In this document: positions 20,239-29,619 of the stretch, piece by piece
Position numbering within the stretch: the first letter of the stretch is position 1
How the letters are laid out: each line of letters begins with the position of its first letter
Sequence record: SRR2962707_619
Length of the DNA stretch: 44,589 bases
Reading direction: 5' to 3' (one strand)
Position numbers and translations under genes: made by a program
The notes under the pieces: model-generated
Database searches by the model: none
Told to the model about the DNA's origin: nothing
What the model saw: the letters and a program-made list of their open reading frames with translations, nothing else

Positions 20239-21411
20239 TTATTGGTTGGCTGTGATTTTCACATTCAACAGATCAATAACAGACCCCGGGTTTGAAGCGG
20301 CGCTGGCTGCAATGCTCGCAAACGGCACTGGCGCTGTTGGGGTTGCTTCAAGGCGCAGATTTTGTGGATCGTCCAAATATTTGCCAAGTTCAGCAGACGC
20401 TTTTGCTGCAAAATCAGGATTGCCAAGCTGTGCAAGCCCAAATGGCATCATGCCCTTTGCAAAGGCGATTGTGCTTTCGCGGTTCATGCCCTGCATACCG
20501 CCAAAATAATCCACCAAACGGCCTGTTAGAGAGTGGTCATCAATCGTGATGACAGCTGAGCGCAGATATAGCTGCTGCATAAGGCCGAGCATCGCCATGC
20601 CCATAGCTTGTTCGTTGCCAGCCATATTTTTCTGCATCGCTTGCATCGCATCGATTAGTTCAAGCGTGTATCCATCAACCGCCATTTCGATAGTCAGGTC
20701 TGCCGCATCTGGGAAGGAGAATTTCACCGGATTGGCGCTGCCATTGCCCGTGGACATATCCCAAGTGCCTTTGCCCGTCATCTCACCTTTAAGCTGATCG
20801 TAGCCAATTTTATTCATTGTATCGCGGACTTTTTGGTCCGGAAATGCAGTGAAATCGATAACGATATCACTCATACTAACATCAGTATCGAGCGTGGCGC
20901 TGGCCATATAGTCAGACACATTCGCCTCGTAGCCAGATGTTGAGAACATTGGCTTACCTGTCGGGCCAACAGATATTGGGCCCGTTTTCATCGTACGGAA
21001 AATACCTTTTTTCAACACAGGATTGGTCTCGCCTTGTCCGGCGATAAAGTAACCTTCAACGACCGCGCCGCCGAAATTAAAGGAAAAGCCATTTTCCGAA
21101 ATCGCCAATGGCGAGATGGCGATGCTATCGACAATAAAGCCATCATTAGGTGCTTCCACCACGCCGCTAAGCAGAACTTGATCAATAGTAATTGGCTCAG
21201 ATTTTTGAGTTTTAAGCGTCAAACCTGAAAGCACAACATTGTTGCTGCCTTCAAGAACGGCATCACCGCCCGCGATGAAAAGGCCTTGTTCTGCCAATTG
21301 CTTTTCAAGATTAGCGCGCACTTTCTGCGCATCAACATCAGCAAATGCTGAAGTGGCAAATGTGCAAAGTACAGCAATCGCTGCTGATGTTTTAAGGGTC
21401 GTACGGAGCAT
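20239..21411 (-). CDS. Secreted/periplasmic hypothetical protein (390 aa)
   Basis: Long ORF with Sec signal MLRTTLKTSAAIAVLCTFATSAFA, a beta-strand-rich body and a helical C-terminus; AAGGA upstream. I cannot name a catalytic motif. Confidence 0.85.
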   Translation of the reverse strand: MLRTTLKTSAAIAVLCTFATSAFADVDAQKVRANLEKQLAEQGLFIAGGDAVLEGSNNVVLSGLTLKTQKSEPITIDQVLLSGVVEAPNDGFIVDSIAISPLAISENGFSFNFGGAVVEGYFIAGQGETNPVLKKGIFRTMKTGPISVGPTGKPMFSTSGYEANVSDYMASATLDTDVSMSDIVIDFTAFPDQKVRDTMNKIGYDQLKGEMTGKGTWDMSTGNGSANPVKFSFPDAADLTIEMAVDGYTLELIDAMQAMQKNMAGNEQAMGMAMLGLMQQLYLRSAVITIDDHSLTGRLVDYFGGMQGMNRESTIAFAKGMMPFGLAQLGNPDFAAKASAELGKYLDDPQNLRLEATPTAPVPFASIAASAASNPGSVIDLLNVKITANQ

Positions 21412-21559
21412 TCATTAATCCTTTTTCTGATGCGGCGGTGCGGCACTCTAAACCGCTTCTGTAACATAATTTAGATACTAAAAAGGCAAATGGTCTCAAT
21501 AGCTAAATCTGACCTAATAAAACTGCTAAATTGCCTAGTATTGCGAACAACTACTTTAA

Positions 21560-22243
21560 TTAAAATGGAACTTCACATTCAAAATACAAGCTTTCGCCAG
21601 AAACCGGATGTTCAAAAGCGATTGAAAAAGCATGTAGGCACATGCGCTCATGCGCTTGGTAGGCTTGTTCATGCGCATAAAGCCTGTCACCCAAGATAGG
21701 ATGGCCCATTGAGAGACAGTGAACGCGCAACTGATGTGAGCGGCCCGTATGCGGCTTCATCATCAAATCGCTGGTCTGGCCATTGCTCGTCATAATTTGC
21801 CAATCGGTAATCGCTTCGCGGCCTTGGTCATGATCAACGATCTGGCGCGGCCTGTTGGGCCAATCACACCGCATCGGCAGATTGATCGTGCCGCTTGTCT
21901 GTGACGGCGTGCCCCAAACACGCGCAACATAGGTTTTTTTCACCTTACGTTTTTCAAACTGCAAACCAAGATGCACACGCGCCTCAGCCGTTAGCCCCAT
22001 GATTAGCACGCCAGAAGTATCCCAATCCAAACGATGGACGATGCGCGATGATGGAAATTCGCTTTGAGCACGTGATTCTAAACAATCATGCGCACCCGGC
22101 TGCATGCCAGGAACGCTGAGAAGGCCGCTCGGCTTGTTGAGCACGAGCACATCATGATCCCTGTAAATCACCTCTAAAGGGTGCGTGGGCGGCGCGTAGT
22201 CGGGAACTGGACGGCGAGGGGCAGTGTGTAATTCTTGAGTCAT
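21560..22243 (-). CDS. RluA-family pseudouridine synthase
   Basis: NKPSGLLSVPG, HRLDWDTSG (catalytic Asp), KTYVA, TGRSHQLRVH, PILGD.LY and LHA. Start trimmed to ATG 22243 because the longer ORF overlaps the divergent gene. Confidence 0.93.
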   Translation of the reverse strand: MTQELHTAPRRPVPDYAPPTHPLEVIYRDHDVLVLNKPSGLLSVPGMQPGAHDCLESRAQSEFPSSRIVHRLDWDTSGVLIMGLTAEARVHLGLQFEKRKVKKTYVARVWGTPSQTSGTINLPMRCDWPNRPRQIVDHDQGREAITDWQIMTSNGQTSDLMMKPHTGRSHQLRVHCLSMGHPILGDRLYAHEQAYQAHERMCLHAFSIAFEHPVSGESLYFECEVPF

Positions 22244-22330
22244 AGTGCTTTCTATCGAAAAAATTTGGCTAGCCCATATAAATTTGTCTGACTTTTTTAT
22301 ATGACATGGGCTCAACTGTAAAAAGCCACC

Positions 22331-23206
22331 ATGTTGGGAAATATGAAAACTTTCGCTTTGACCACCCCAAAATTTGCATTTCTGCGCATTATCTGTGCTG
22401 CAATTGCCATGATGATGATCGGCGGGTTGCATGCGCCCGCTCAAGCAATGAAAATGGTTGATGGCATTACCTACGCGCGTGGCCTCAAACTCGATGTGTA
22501 TATGCCTGATGGACGCACAGGGCTTTTTTCAAAGAAGAAACCCGTCGTTGTTTACATTCACGGCGGTGGCTGGGTTAAGGGTGACCGTAAGCGGGTCTAT
22601 AAAATGCCTGAATGGCTGACCTCTAAAGATTATATTTTTGTGGCGATGGATTACCGCAAAATTCCGGCGACAAATATTGACGGCCAAATGCGCGATGTCA
22701 TGGACACGCTTGCATGGGTAAAGCGCAATATCCGCAAATATAATGGTGATCCGAACCGCGTTGTTCTGATGGGCCATTCTGCAGGTGCGCATTTGTCGGC
22801 ATTAATTGCATCGCAGGGCAAAGCCAACGGCTTGCGCGGGGTTATTCCTGATGATGTGCAAGCCTATGATCTTTTGGCCTATGTGACCAAGCGCGGTTCC
22901 ATCGGCGACATGTTTGGCACAGCTTTTTCTGATGAGCCGACGAATTGGATTAAATGGTCACCGACCACCTATGCGCGCCAAACGAAGAAAATGCCGCCGC
23001 ATCTAATTCTCTATTCAAACAGCCAAGGTGATCGCAGACGGTCAATCTCCATCGGTTATGCAAATCTGCTTTCGGGGCTTGGCGTTGATGTAACGATTTT
23101 TCATGGCACCAATTATAGCCATGGCGCCATCGCTGCGCGGCTTGGCAGGCAAGGCGATGCTGCGTCTGCAGCAATCGAAAAATTTCTAAAAAAAGTAACA
23201 AGGTAG
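22331..23206 (+). CDS. Secreted alpha/beta hydrolase (HSL-like esterase)
   Basis: Signal-like N-terminus ending APAQA, oxyanion motif HGGGW and nucleophile GHSAG. The start could be 22331, 22343 or later. Confidence 0.88.
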   Translation: MLGNMKTFALTTPKFAFLRIICAAIAMMMIGGLHAPAQAMKMVDGITYARGLKLDVYMPDGRTGLFSKKKPVVVYIHGGGWVKGDRKRVYKMPEWLTSKDYIFVAMDYRKIPATNIDGQMRDVMDTLAWVKRNIRKYNGDPNRVVLMGHSAGAHLSALIASQGKANGLRGVIPDDVQAYDLLAYVTKRGSIGDMFGTAFSDEPTNWIKWSPTTYARQTKKMPPHLILYSNSQGDRRRSISIGYANLLSGLGVDVTIFHGTNYSHGAIAARLGRQGDAASAAIEKFLKKVTR

Positions 23207-23210
23207 CATT

Positions 23211-23891
23211 ATGGCTCGCATTTTAATCACAGGTGCCGGTCGCGGCATCGGCAAAGCGCTCCTTCGCGAACTCATCAAACGCGGTCATGATGTTACGGGC
23301 ACAGTGCGCAGCCAAGATCAGGCAGACGCGCTATCAGCCGAATTTGGTGATGCTTTGAACGTTCTAAACTTTGACGTAACCGATGAAGTGGCAATTGATG
23401 CCGCAGCCAAATCATTTGATGGTCCCCTAGATGTATTGCTCAATAATGCCGGCGTTATCGGTCCTGATCGTCAAGCAACGCTTGATATGGATTTTGACGG
23501 CTTTGCTCAAACTTTTGCGATCAATACACTTGCGCCGCTGATGATCGCGCAGGCATTTTTGCCGCATTTGAAGCGCGGCGAAACACCGCGCATTCTCACC
23601 GTTTCATCGCAAATGGGCATGATGAATAACCAGAAATCAGATCGCATCGCCTATCGCGCGTCGAAAGCGGCGGTCAATAAGGTAATGCAGGGGCTGGCAA
23701 CTGACCTCAGGCCAGAAGGCATTGCGGTTCAGCTTTTGCATCCAGGTTGGGTCCGTTCCGAGATGGGCGGATCAAACGCAGATATTTCCGTTGAAGAAAG
23801 CGCATCGGGCATCGCTGATCGCGTTGAAGCGCTGACAATGGGCGAGACTGGCACATTCCTAAACTATGACGGAACGCCAATGTCTTGGTAG
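23211..23891 (+). CDS. SDR-family oxidoreductase (CsgA/sniffer-like subtype)
   Basis: TGAGRGIG, LLNNAG, YRASK and LHPGWVRSEMGG. Confidence 0.92.
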   Translation: MARILITGAGRGIGKALLRELIKRGHDVTGTVRSQDQADALSAEFGDALNVLNFDVTDEVAIDAAAKSFDGPLDVLLNNAGVIGPDRQATLDMDFDGFAQTFAINTLAPLMIAQAFLPHLKRGETPRILTVSSQMGMMNNQKSDRIAYRASKAAVNKVMQGLATDLRPEGIAVQLLHPGWVRSEMGGSNADISVEESASGIADRVEALTMGETGTFLNYDGTPMSW

Positions 23892-23930
23892 CCCTCAGGG
23901 AGATTTGAGATCATAGCGGAGAGGGCACCC

Positions 23931-24512
23931 ATGCAAATTCATCCAAAAAAGCAGATCAAAGCAACTGTCGATGGTTTGTTTTCAGCGCTCGGAAAAAGCT
24001 TTGAGACGGAACCTGTCCAAAGTTTGAACCTTTCATTTGAAGGCATTGAGAACGATTTCCACGCTGGCTACACGCGCAAATCGGGCGGGCGCGAGCCTTG
24101 GTATCCGCGCGGGACGCAGATGCGCAATGAGCGCCAAGTGACGATTGTCGCCCGCGATGAGCTGAAAGCGGCAGCCCAAGAAATGGGGATTGAAGATATC
24201 GCGCCAGAATGGATCGGAGTGAATATCACGATAAACGGCGTTCCCAACCTTTCAATGCTGCCAGCATCCACATTGATCTTCTTCGAGGGTGGCGTGACCT
24301 TAAAAGTCGATTTGCAAAACGCACCATGCCGCTTGGCGGGTGGATCGATTGCACGCGCCGTTGGTCGTCCAGATGATCAAGATTTGATTTTGAGTTTTAA
24401 GGACGCGGCCAAAAGACGGCGCGGCTTAACCGTGTGGGTTGAAAAACCTGGCGTGATTGAAATGGGCGAGGCGGCCACTTTTCGCATTCCGGAGCAATGG
24501 ATTTATGCCTAG
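23931..24512 (+). CDS. MOSC-domain protein
   Basis: GIENDFH, RQVTI, G.NITI.G, the conserved PC (NAPCR) and RRGL..WVE.PG.I; GGAG upstream. Confidence 0.88.
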   Translation: MQIHPKKQIKATVDGLFSALGKSFETEPVQSLNLSFEGIENDFHAGYTRKSGGREPWYPRGTQMRNERQVTIVARDELKAAAQEMGIEDIAPEWIGVNITINGVPNLSMLPASTLIFFEGGVTLKVDLQNAPCRLAGGSIARAVGRPDDQDLILSFKDAAKRRRGLTVWVEKPGVIEMGEAATFRIPEQWIYA

Positions 24513-24871
24513 TCAGGCTCATCATCGCTGATCACAAGCCCAGCACGTGCCTCCTTGGGCGGGCGCATATCGTCTTCATCTTCGGTCACAAACCGCGTTG
24601 ATTTCCAACGCCGAAGAACATGATTCATATCGTCCAACACAAAGTGACGCGCCGAATCGCTATCATAGCCATCGTCGAGCAATGCATCATAATCTGTGTG
24701 GTTATGGCGAATATGCGTGGTCACAGCTAACCATGCGCCAATAGGCGCGGGCAAATGGCGCAAATGACGACGATGGGCGATCTCTTTAATCACCAAAATA
24801 TCAGACAGCGGGGCAAGAGGAACAAGCTGTTCCAGCGCCTTTGTCATCTCCCGTTGAAATCTTGTGCTCAT
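24509..24871 (-). CDS. DUF2293-family protein
   Basis: Motif WLAV..HIRH.HTDYD.LL..GYD..SAR.FV...L..W. Confidence 0.85.
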   Translation of the reverse strand: MSTRFQREMTKALEQLVPLAPLSDILVIKEIAHRRHLRHLPAPIGAWLAVTTHIRHNHTDYDALLDDGYDSDSARHFVLDDMNHVLRRWKSTRFVTEDEDDMRPPKEARAGLVISDDEPD

Positions 24872-24905
24872 TATCGGTTTGTTGCTTGATTGTATTTTTG
24901 AAATG

Positions 24906-24925
24906 ACATAAACATATCTTTATAT
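24906..24925. promoter_or_regulatory. Putative SahR-type operator
   Basis: 20-bp imperfect palindrome ACATAAAC-ATAT-CTTTATAT, 16 nt before the regulator's ATG. Confidence 0.65.
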
Positions 24926-24941
24926 GATTTCGGAGACCTCA

Positions 24942-25943
24942 ATGTTCCAATTAGACCCATTTGTCGATTGCCTAAAATCCATTGCCGAACCAAGCCGGTT
25001 GCGGATTTTAAGGGTACTATCATTTGGTGACCTAACCGTTTCCGATTTGACCACAATCCTTGGCCAGTCTCAACCACGTGTTTCACGCCATTTAAAATTA
25101 TTGCTTGAGACGGGTCTTATTCATCGTTGGCAGGAAGGCTCATGGGCATTGTTTCGTCTTGCATCATCAGGAGCCAAAAGCGCTTTGGTGAAAAAGCTGC
25201 TCGCTGACTTAGATACACAAGACGCAGTTTTGCTGCGCGATTTAGAGCGCATGGAGCAGGTAAAGCAAAAACGCCGCGCGATGGCTGCGGAATATTTCGC
25301 TAAAAATGCTGCCAGCTGGGATGAGATTCGTTTGCTGCATGTGGCAGACAAAGAGGTCGAAGCTGCTGTTTTGAAAATTACCGGCAATGGACCTTATCGG
25401 GCGATGCTGGATATCGGCACGGGCACAGGCCGGATGCTTGAGCTTTTTGCACCTTACTATCGCTCGGCTGTTGGCATTGATGCGAGCCGCGAAATGCTTG
25501 GTGTAGCCCGCGCTAACCTAGAAGCAGCCGGTGTTGAAAATGCCGAAGTGCGCCTTGGCGATATTTATAATATGCCCGTTGAGCGCAATGCCTATGATCT
25601 GATTATCATTCATCAAGTGCTGCACTTCCTGGATGATCCGGCGCTGGCGCTGCATGAAGCTGCGCGCTCTTTAGCGCCGTCTGGCAAGCTGGTGGTTGTT
25701 GATTTTGCACCGCATGAAAAAGAATTCTTGCGTGAAGAGCACCAGCATCAGCGTCTCGGATTCGACACAGCAACTGTGCATGGCTGGCTTGAAAATGAAG
25801 GTCTGCGTCCAGCGGCGGAAACAGCGTTGAAATCTGATCAGGGTGAAGCGCTTACCGTCATGATTTGGATGGCACAAGATGCAAGAATTGAAATTGCCGC
25901 GCCCGCAAGCGCTGCAGAATTAGAAACCGGGAGTTTTGCTTAA
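24942..25943 (+). CDS. sahR: ArsR-family HTH plus SAM-binding methyltransferase-fold regulator (SahR-like)
   Basis: N-terminal ArsR HTH (RLRIL...QSQPRVSRHLKLL) fused to an LDIGTGTG SAM-binding fold; immediately upstream of metF. Start is ATG 24942 with a GGAG RBS. Confidence 0.88.
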   Translation: MFQLDPFVDCLKSIAEPSRLRILRVLSFGDLTVSDLTTILGQSQPRVSRHLKLLLETGLIHRWQEGSWALFRLASSGAKSALVKKLLADLDTQDAVLLRDLERMEQVKQKRRAMAAEYFAKNAASWDEIRLLHVADKEVEAAVLKITGNGPYRAMLDIGTGTGRMLELFAPYYRSAVGIDASREMLGVARANLEAAGVENAEVRLGDIYNMPVERNAYDLIIIHQVLHFLDDPALALHEAARSLAPSGKLVVVDFAPHEKEFLREEHQHQRLGFDTATVHGWLENEGLRPAAETALKSDQGEALTVMIWMAQDARIEIAAPASAAELETGSFA

Positions 25944-26861
25944 ATGGCGCATGCCAATTCAACACAAACAAAGAGCGTAGATCAAAAGCGCCAATTCCGT
26001 GTGTCGTTTGAATTTTTCCCCCCGAAAAATGACGCTATGGAGCAAACGCTCGCCGATACGATCACAAAATTAGCGCCGCTTTCGCCAGATTTTATTTCGG
26101 TGACTTACGGAGCAGGTGGCTCTACACGCGATCCGTCCAAGCGCACGCTCGCCAAAGTGCTTGAGCAAACGGGCATCGCTGCGGCTGCGCATCTGACATG
26201 TGTTGGCTCAACCAAGGAAGAGGTCAACGAGGTCATTCGTGATTTTGCCTCCATGGGCATTAATCGTTTTGTCGCGCTGCGCGGTGATCCTGAGACTGGC
26301 ATGGGTACAAAATATGTGCCAACACCCAATGGCTATGAAAATGGCGCTGACCTTACTTTAGGCCTAAAAGAAATTGACGAAAATTTCGATGTTTCGGTTT
26401 CTGCTTATCCTGAAAAGCATCCGGAAAGCCCTGATTTTGATGCCGATATCGATATTCTGAAACGCAAAGTCGATAATGGCGCAAGCCGCGCAATTACGCA
26501 GTTCTTCTTCGACAATGATATTTATGAGCGTTATGTCGAAAAAGTGCGCAAAGCGGGCATCAATGTGCCAATCGTGCCGGGTATTTTGCCGATCCATAAT
26601 TTCAAAGCGATGTCGAATTTCGCCAGCCGGTGTAATACAAATGTGCCAGCGTTGCTCGCTGAACGCTTTGCCGGATTAGAAAATGATCCGCAAACCCATG
26701 CCTTGATTGCGTCTGCAATCGCAGCAGAACAGGTGATGGATTTGGTAGATCGTGGTGTTGAAGATTTCCACTTCTATACGATGAACCGCCCAGATTTAGT
26801 GTTCGCCCTATGCCGCCTGATTGGCATCTCCAACAGCGATAAGAATATTATTGCTGCGTAA
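25944..26861 (+). CDS. metF: Methylenetetrahydrofolate reductase
   Basis: SFEFFPPK, SVTYGAGGS, AHLTCV, ALRGDP, AYPEKHP, ITQFFF and HFYTMN. Confidence 0.97.
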   Translation: MAHANSTQTKSVDQKRQFRVSFEFFPPKNDAMEQTLADTITKLAPLSPDFISVTYGAGGSTRDPSKRTLAKVLEQTGIAAAAHLTCVGSTKEEVNEVIRDFASMGINRFVALRGDPETGMGTKYVPTPNGYENGADLTLGLKEIDENFDVSVSAYPEKHPESPDFDADIDILKRKVDNGASRAITQFFFDNDIYERYVEKVRKAGINVPIVPGILPIHNFKAMSNFASRCNTNVPALLAERFAGLENDPQTHALIASAIAAEQVMDLVDRGVEDFHFYTMNRPDLVFALCRLIGISNSDKNIIAA

Positions 26862-26953
26862 AAGGTGAACACTCTGTAGCCGAAATAGCGTCTATGGTGA
26901 ACGTCATAGTGCCCTATATCCCTGTGACATCCCCCAAGTCTCAGGAGAGAGAA

Positions 26954-27541
26954 ATGACAAATATTCTATCAGTTCAATCATCAGCCCGTTATGAAGGCTC
27001 ATACAGCCGCACATTGAGCGCGGAACTCGTCGCGAAACTAAATGCTGACGGCAACGCAACCCTTGTTGAACGTGATTTGGCGAAAGCTGCACCGCACATC
27101 AGCGAAAACTGGATTGGCGCTAACTACACACCTAAAACTGACCGCAGCGCCGACCAGAGCGCCGCTCTTGGTGATTCAGACACATTTGTTAACGAGCTTA
27201 AAGCAGCGGACGTTATTGTTATTGGTGTGCCAATGTATAATTTCTCAGCGCCAGCATTGTTGAAATCTTGGATCGACCAAATTTGCCGCGTTGGCGAAAC
27301 ATTTCAATATTCAGAGCAAGGCCCAAAAGGTATTTTAGAAGGTAAAAAAGCCTATATCGTTGTTGCTTCTGGCGGCGTGCCAGTTGGCAGCCCTGTAGAT
27401 TTCGCAACGCCATATCTCAAGCATATCTTGGGCTTTATCGGTATTTCAGACGTTGAAATTATCGCCGCCGAAGGCGTGTTGGGTGATGTTGAAATTGCGC
27501 TAGAAAAAGCCCGCTCGACAATCCAAGCAATTGCAGCTTAA
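26954..27541 (+). CDS. azoR: FMN-dependent NADH-azoreductase (AzoR/AcpD family)
   Basis: SSAR...S.SR.L, PMYNFS.PA.LK.WID, GETFQY...GP.G and LGFIG. Start is ATG 26954 after AGGAG. Confidence 0.92.
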   Translation: MTNILSVQSSARYEGSYSRTLSAELVAKLNADGNATLVERDLAKAAPHISENWIGANYTPKTDRSADQSAALGDSDTFVNELKAADVIVIGVPMYNFSAPALLKSWIDQICRVGETFQYSEQGPKGILEGKKAYIVVASGGVPVGSPVDFATPYLKHILGFIGISDVEIIAAEGVLGDVEIALEKARSTIQAIAA

Positions 27542-27556
27542 GCCTCCAGCTTGACC

Positions 27557-27595
27557 AAAAAGCGCCCGATGTTTTCTAACATCGGGCGTTTTTTT
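27557..27595. terminator. Bidirectional intrinsic terminator between azoR and the transglycosylase
   Basis: AAAAAGCGCCCGATGTT-ttct-AACATCGGGCGTTTTTTT. Confidence 0.9.
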
Positions 27596-28778
27596 ATTCA
27601 AAATAGCTAAACAATATTTCTGTCGGCCATCCATCGGCTGGTAAGCCATTTTTATGCTGCATATCGCGCACAGCTGCCCGTGTACCAGCGCCTAAAATAC
27701 CGTCAGCCTTGCCAACATCATAGCCGCGCGATGCAAGTTTTTGCTGTAGCCATTGCATGCGTTCTTGCGTAAGCCCGCCATGATTATCACCTGGATTGTA
27801 GACTTTCGCGCCGCCAAGGCGCGTACCGAAATATCCAGCCGTCAGCACATAGGTGAGGGACTGGTTCCATTCCAACAATATTGAAAAATTAGGATAGGCA
27901 AGGAATGCAGGGCCTTTGCGCCCCATCGGCAGGACGAGGCTTGCCTCTAAATCTTCGCGCAAATTGCCTTCGCGCGCAGAAACGCCCCGCGATTTCCATT
28001 CGCTCACAGGAAGGCGTTGATGGAGCCCAGCATCATACCATTCCATTTGGCTTGGAACTGTGACTTCTTGCATATATGGCTGACCGGCTTGCCATCCAAG
28101 TGAACTTAAAAACTTTGCTGCTGTCATAATGGCATCGGGGGCAGAGGTTTTGAGCGATACTTTGCCGTCACCATCGCCGTCGACGCCTTTTGTAAGATAG
28201 TCCGCTGGTAAGACCTGAATTTGGCCAATTTCACCAGCCCATGCCCCAGTTACATCTGAAGGAACGGTCCCATTGTCGATCAATTTGGCAAGCGCAATGA
28301 GCTGCGGGCGGAAAAGCTCGGGTCGGCGGCAATCATGGGCAAGAGTAGCAACAGCGTTCAGCGTGTTAAAGTCGCCTTGGACCGCGCCATAATCGGTCTC
28401 AAATGCCCAAAATGAAGTGATGATTTCAGGCGGTACACCATATTCACTTTGGGCACGGACGAAGGTGTCGGCATATTTCTTTAAGTTCTTTTGACCGCCC
28501 TCAATACGGCTTTTGCGAATCAAACGATCTGAAAAGGCGATGAAATCGAGCGTGAAAACGCCTTGCGCACGGTCTTTTTTCAAAACCTCGGGGTCTATCT
28601 GAGCAGATTTAAGCGCAGCAAGTCCAGCGCCAGAAACACCGTCGCTTTGCGCTTCTGCAACCAGATTATTGCGCCATGAAGCAAAGTCGCCGCCGCATTC
28701 GGGCGCGTTTTGGGCAAAAGCTGTTGTGATAAATGCGATCGATCCCAGTGATGCCAGAAATGCGGATTTCAATTTCAT
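27594..28778 (-). CDS. Lytic murein transglycosylase (MltB/SLT_2 family) with C-terminal PG-binding domain
   Basis: Signal peptide, catalytic WAFETDYG, ATLAHDCRR, GAWAGEIGQ.Q, EF-hand-like DGDGDGKV and C-terminal LQQKL...GYD...DG..G..T. Confidence 0.93.
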   Translation of the reverse strand: MKLKSAFLASLGSIAFITTAFAQNAPECGGDFASWRNNLVAEAQSDGVSGAGLAALKSAQIDPEVLKKDRAQGVFTLDFIAFSDRLIRKSRIEGGQKNLKKYADTFVRAQSEYGVPPEIITSFWAFETDYGAVQGDFNTLNAVATLAHDCRRPELFRPQLIALAKLIDNGTVPSDVTGAWAGEIGQIQVLPADYLTKGVDGDGDGKVSLKTSAPDAIMTAAKFLSSLGWQAGQPYMQEVTVPSQMEWYDAGLHQRLPVSEWKSRGVSAREGNLREDLEASLVLPMGRKGPAFLAYPNFSILLEWNQSLTYVLTAGYFGTRLGGAKVYNPGDNHGGLTQERMQWLQQKLASRGYDVGKADGILGAGTRAAVRDMQHKNGLPADGWPTEILFSYFE

Positions 28779-28812
28779 GTCATATTCCCTTTATTCGACT
28801 GTATTCGCGTCA

Positions 28813-29619
28813 TTAATCAAAATACTGCTTTAGCCATTTGCGCCAACTATAGGCCGTGCCTGCAAACACATTTAAGTCAGTGTTGCCCTCAATGCCCAGC
28901 ACGCGTCCTGTCGCAGTATATTGCCAAAACACCCAGTCACGGCCCGGATAAACCGTTTTTGGATGCGCTTTGACCGACCTTAACCAAAACATATCGTCCT
29001 TAAAATGACCTTGTAGATTTTCAGCATAAAAACTCACGGTGGTATAAATGATGGGGCGCTTACCATAGTGGCGCTCAATTGCCTTCATGAACACTTCCAT
29101 CTCCGCGCGTACAACATTGGCAGGCGGGCGGTATTTGCATGAGGGAGATAAATGGTTCCATTCCATATCAATGACATGCGGCAGCGAATGACGCGCCTTT
29201 GGCACATTGGCGATAAACCATTCCGCCTGTGCTTTGGCTGACGTACAGAAATAATAAAAATGATAGGCGCTCGCGGGCAGGCCAGCGCGGCGCGCATTTT
29301 CATAATTCTCTTTAAAACGATCATCGATATGATCGCCGCCTTCGGTCGCTTTTATGAATGCAAATTCAATCCCGCCTTTGCGCAGCAGAGGCCAATTAAT
29401 GTCACCTTGGTATTTGGAAACATCCACGCCATGGATTTGGAAATCAAACGGTGCGCCGCCTGGCCATTCGTTGATTGGGTGACTGTCGCCAAAGCGCGGT
29501 TTGGCAATCTCGGTTTTCGTCACATCTTCAAAGCGATAATTCGATGAGGTGCATGCCGCTGTGCCAATTAGCAAAGCGCATGCAATCATTGTCTTAGCGA
29601 ATCGAGTTTTTATGTTCAT
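28813..29619 (-). CDS. GH25 muramidase (lysozyme M1-like) lipoprotein, paralog 1
   Basis: Lipobox TAAC; HGVDVSKYQ, FAFIKATEG, AYHFY, DxE motif IDMEWN, FWQYT and DLNVF. Confidence 0.93.
   Translation of the reverse strand: MNIKTRFAKTMIACALLIGTAACTSSNYRFEDVTKTEIAKPRFGDSHPINEWPGGAPFDFQIHGVDVSKYQGDINWPLLRKGGIEFAFIKATEGGDHIDDRFKENYENARRAGLPASAYHFYYFCTSAKAQAEWFIANVPKARHSLPHVIDMEWNHLSPSCKYRPPANVVRAEMEVFMKAIERHYGKRPIIYTTVSFYAENLQGHFKDDMFWLRSVKAHPKTVYPGRDWVFWQYTATGRVLGIEGNTDLNVFAGTAYSWRKWLKQYFD

Noticed and set aside
22244..22444. N-terminal extension of the RluA-family ORF overlapping the esterase head-to-head
   Set aside because: The extension has no family similarity and crosses the AT-rich divergent promoter; ATG 22243 gives a normal-length enzyme.
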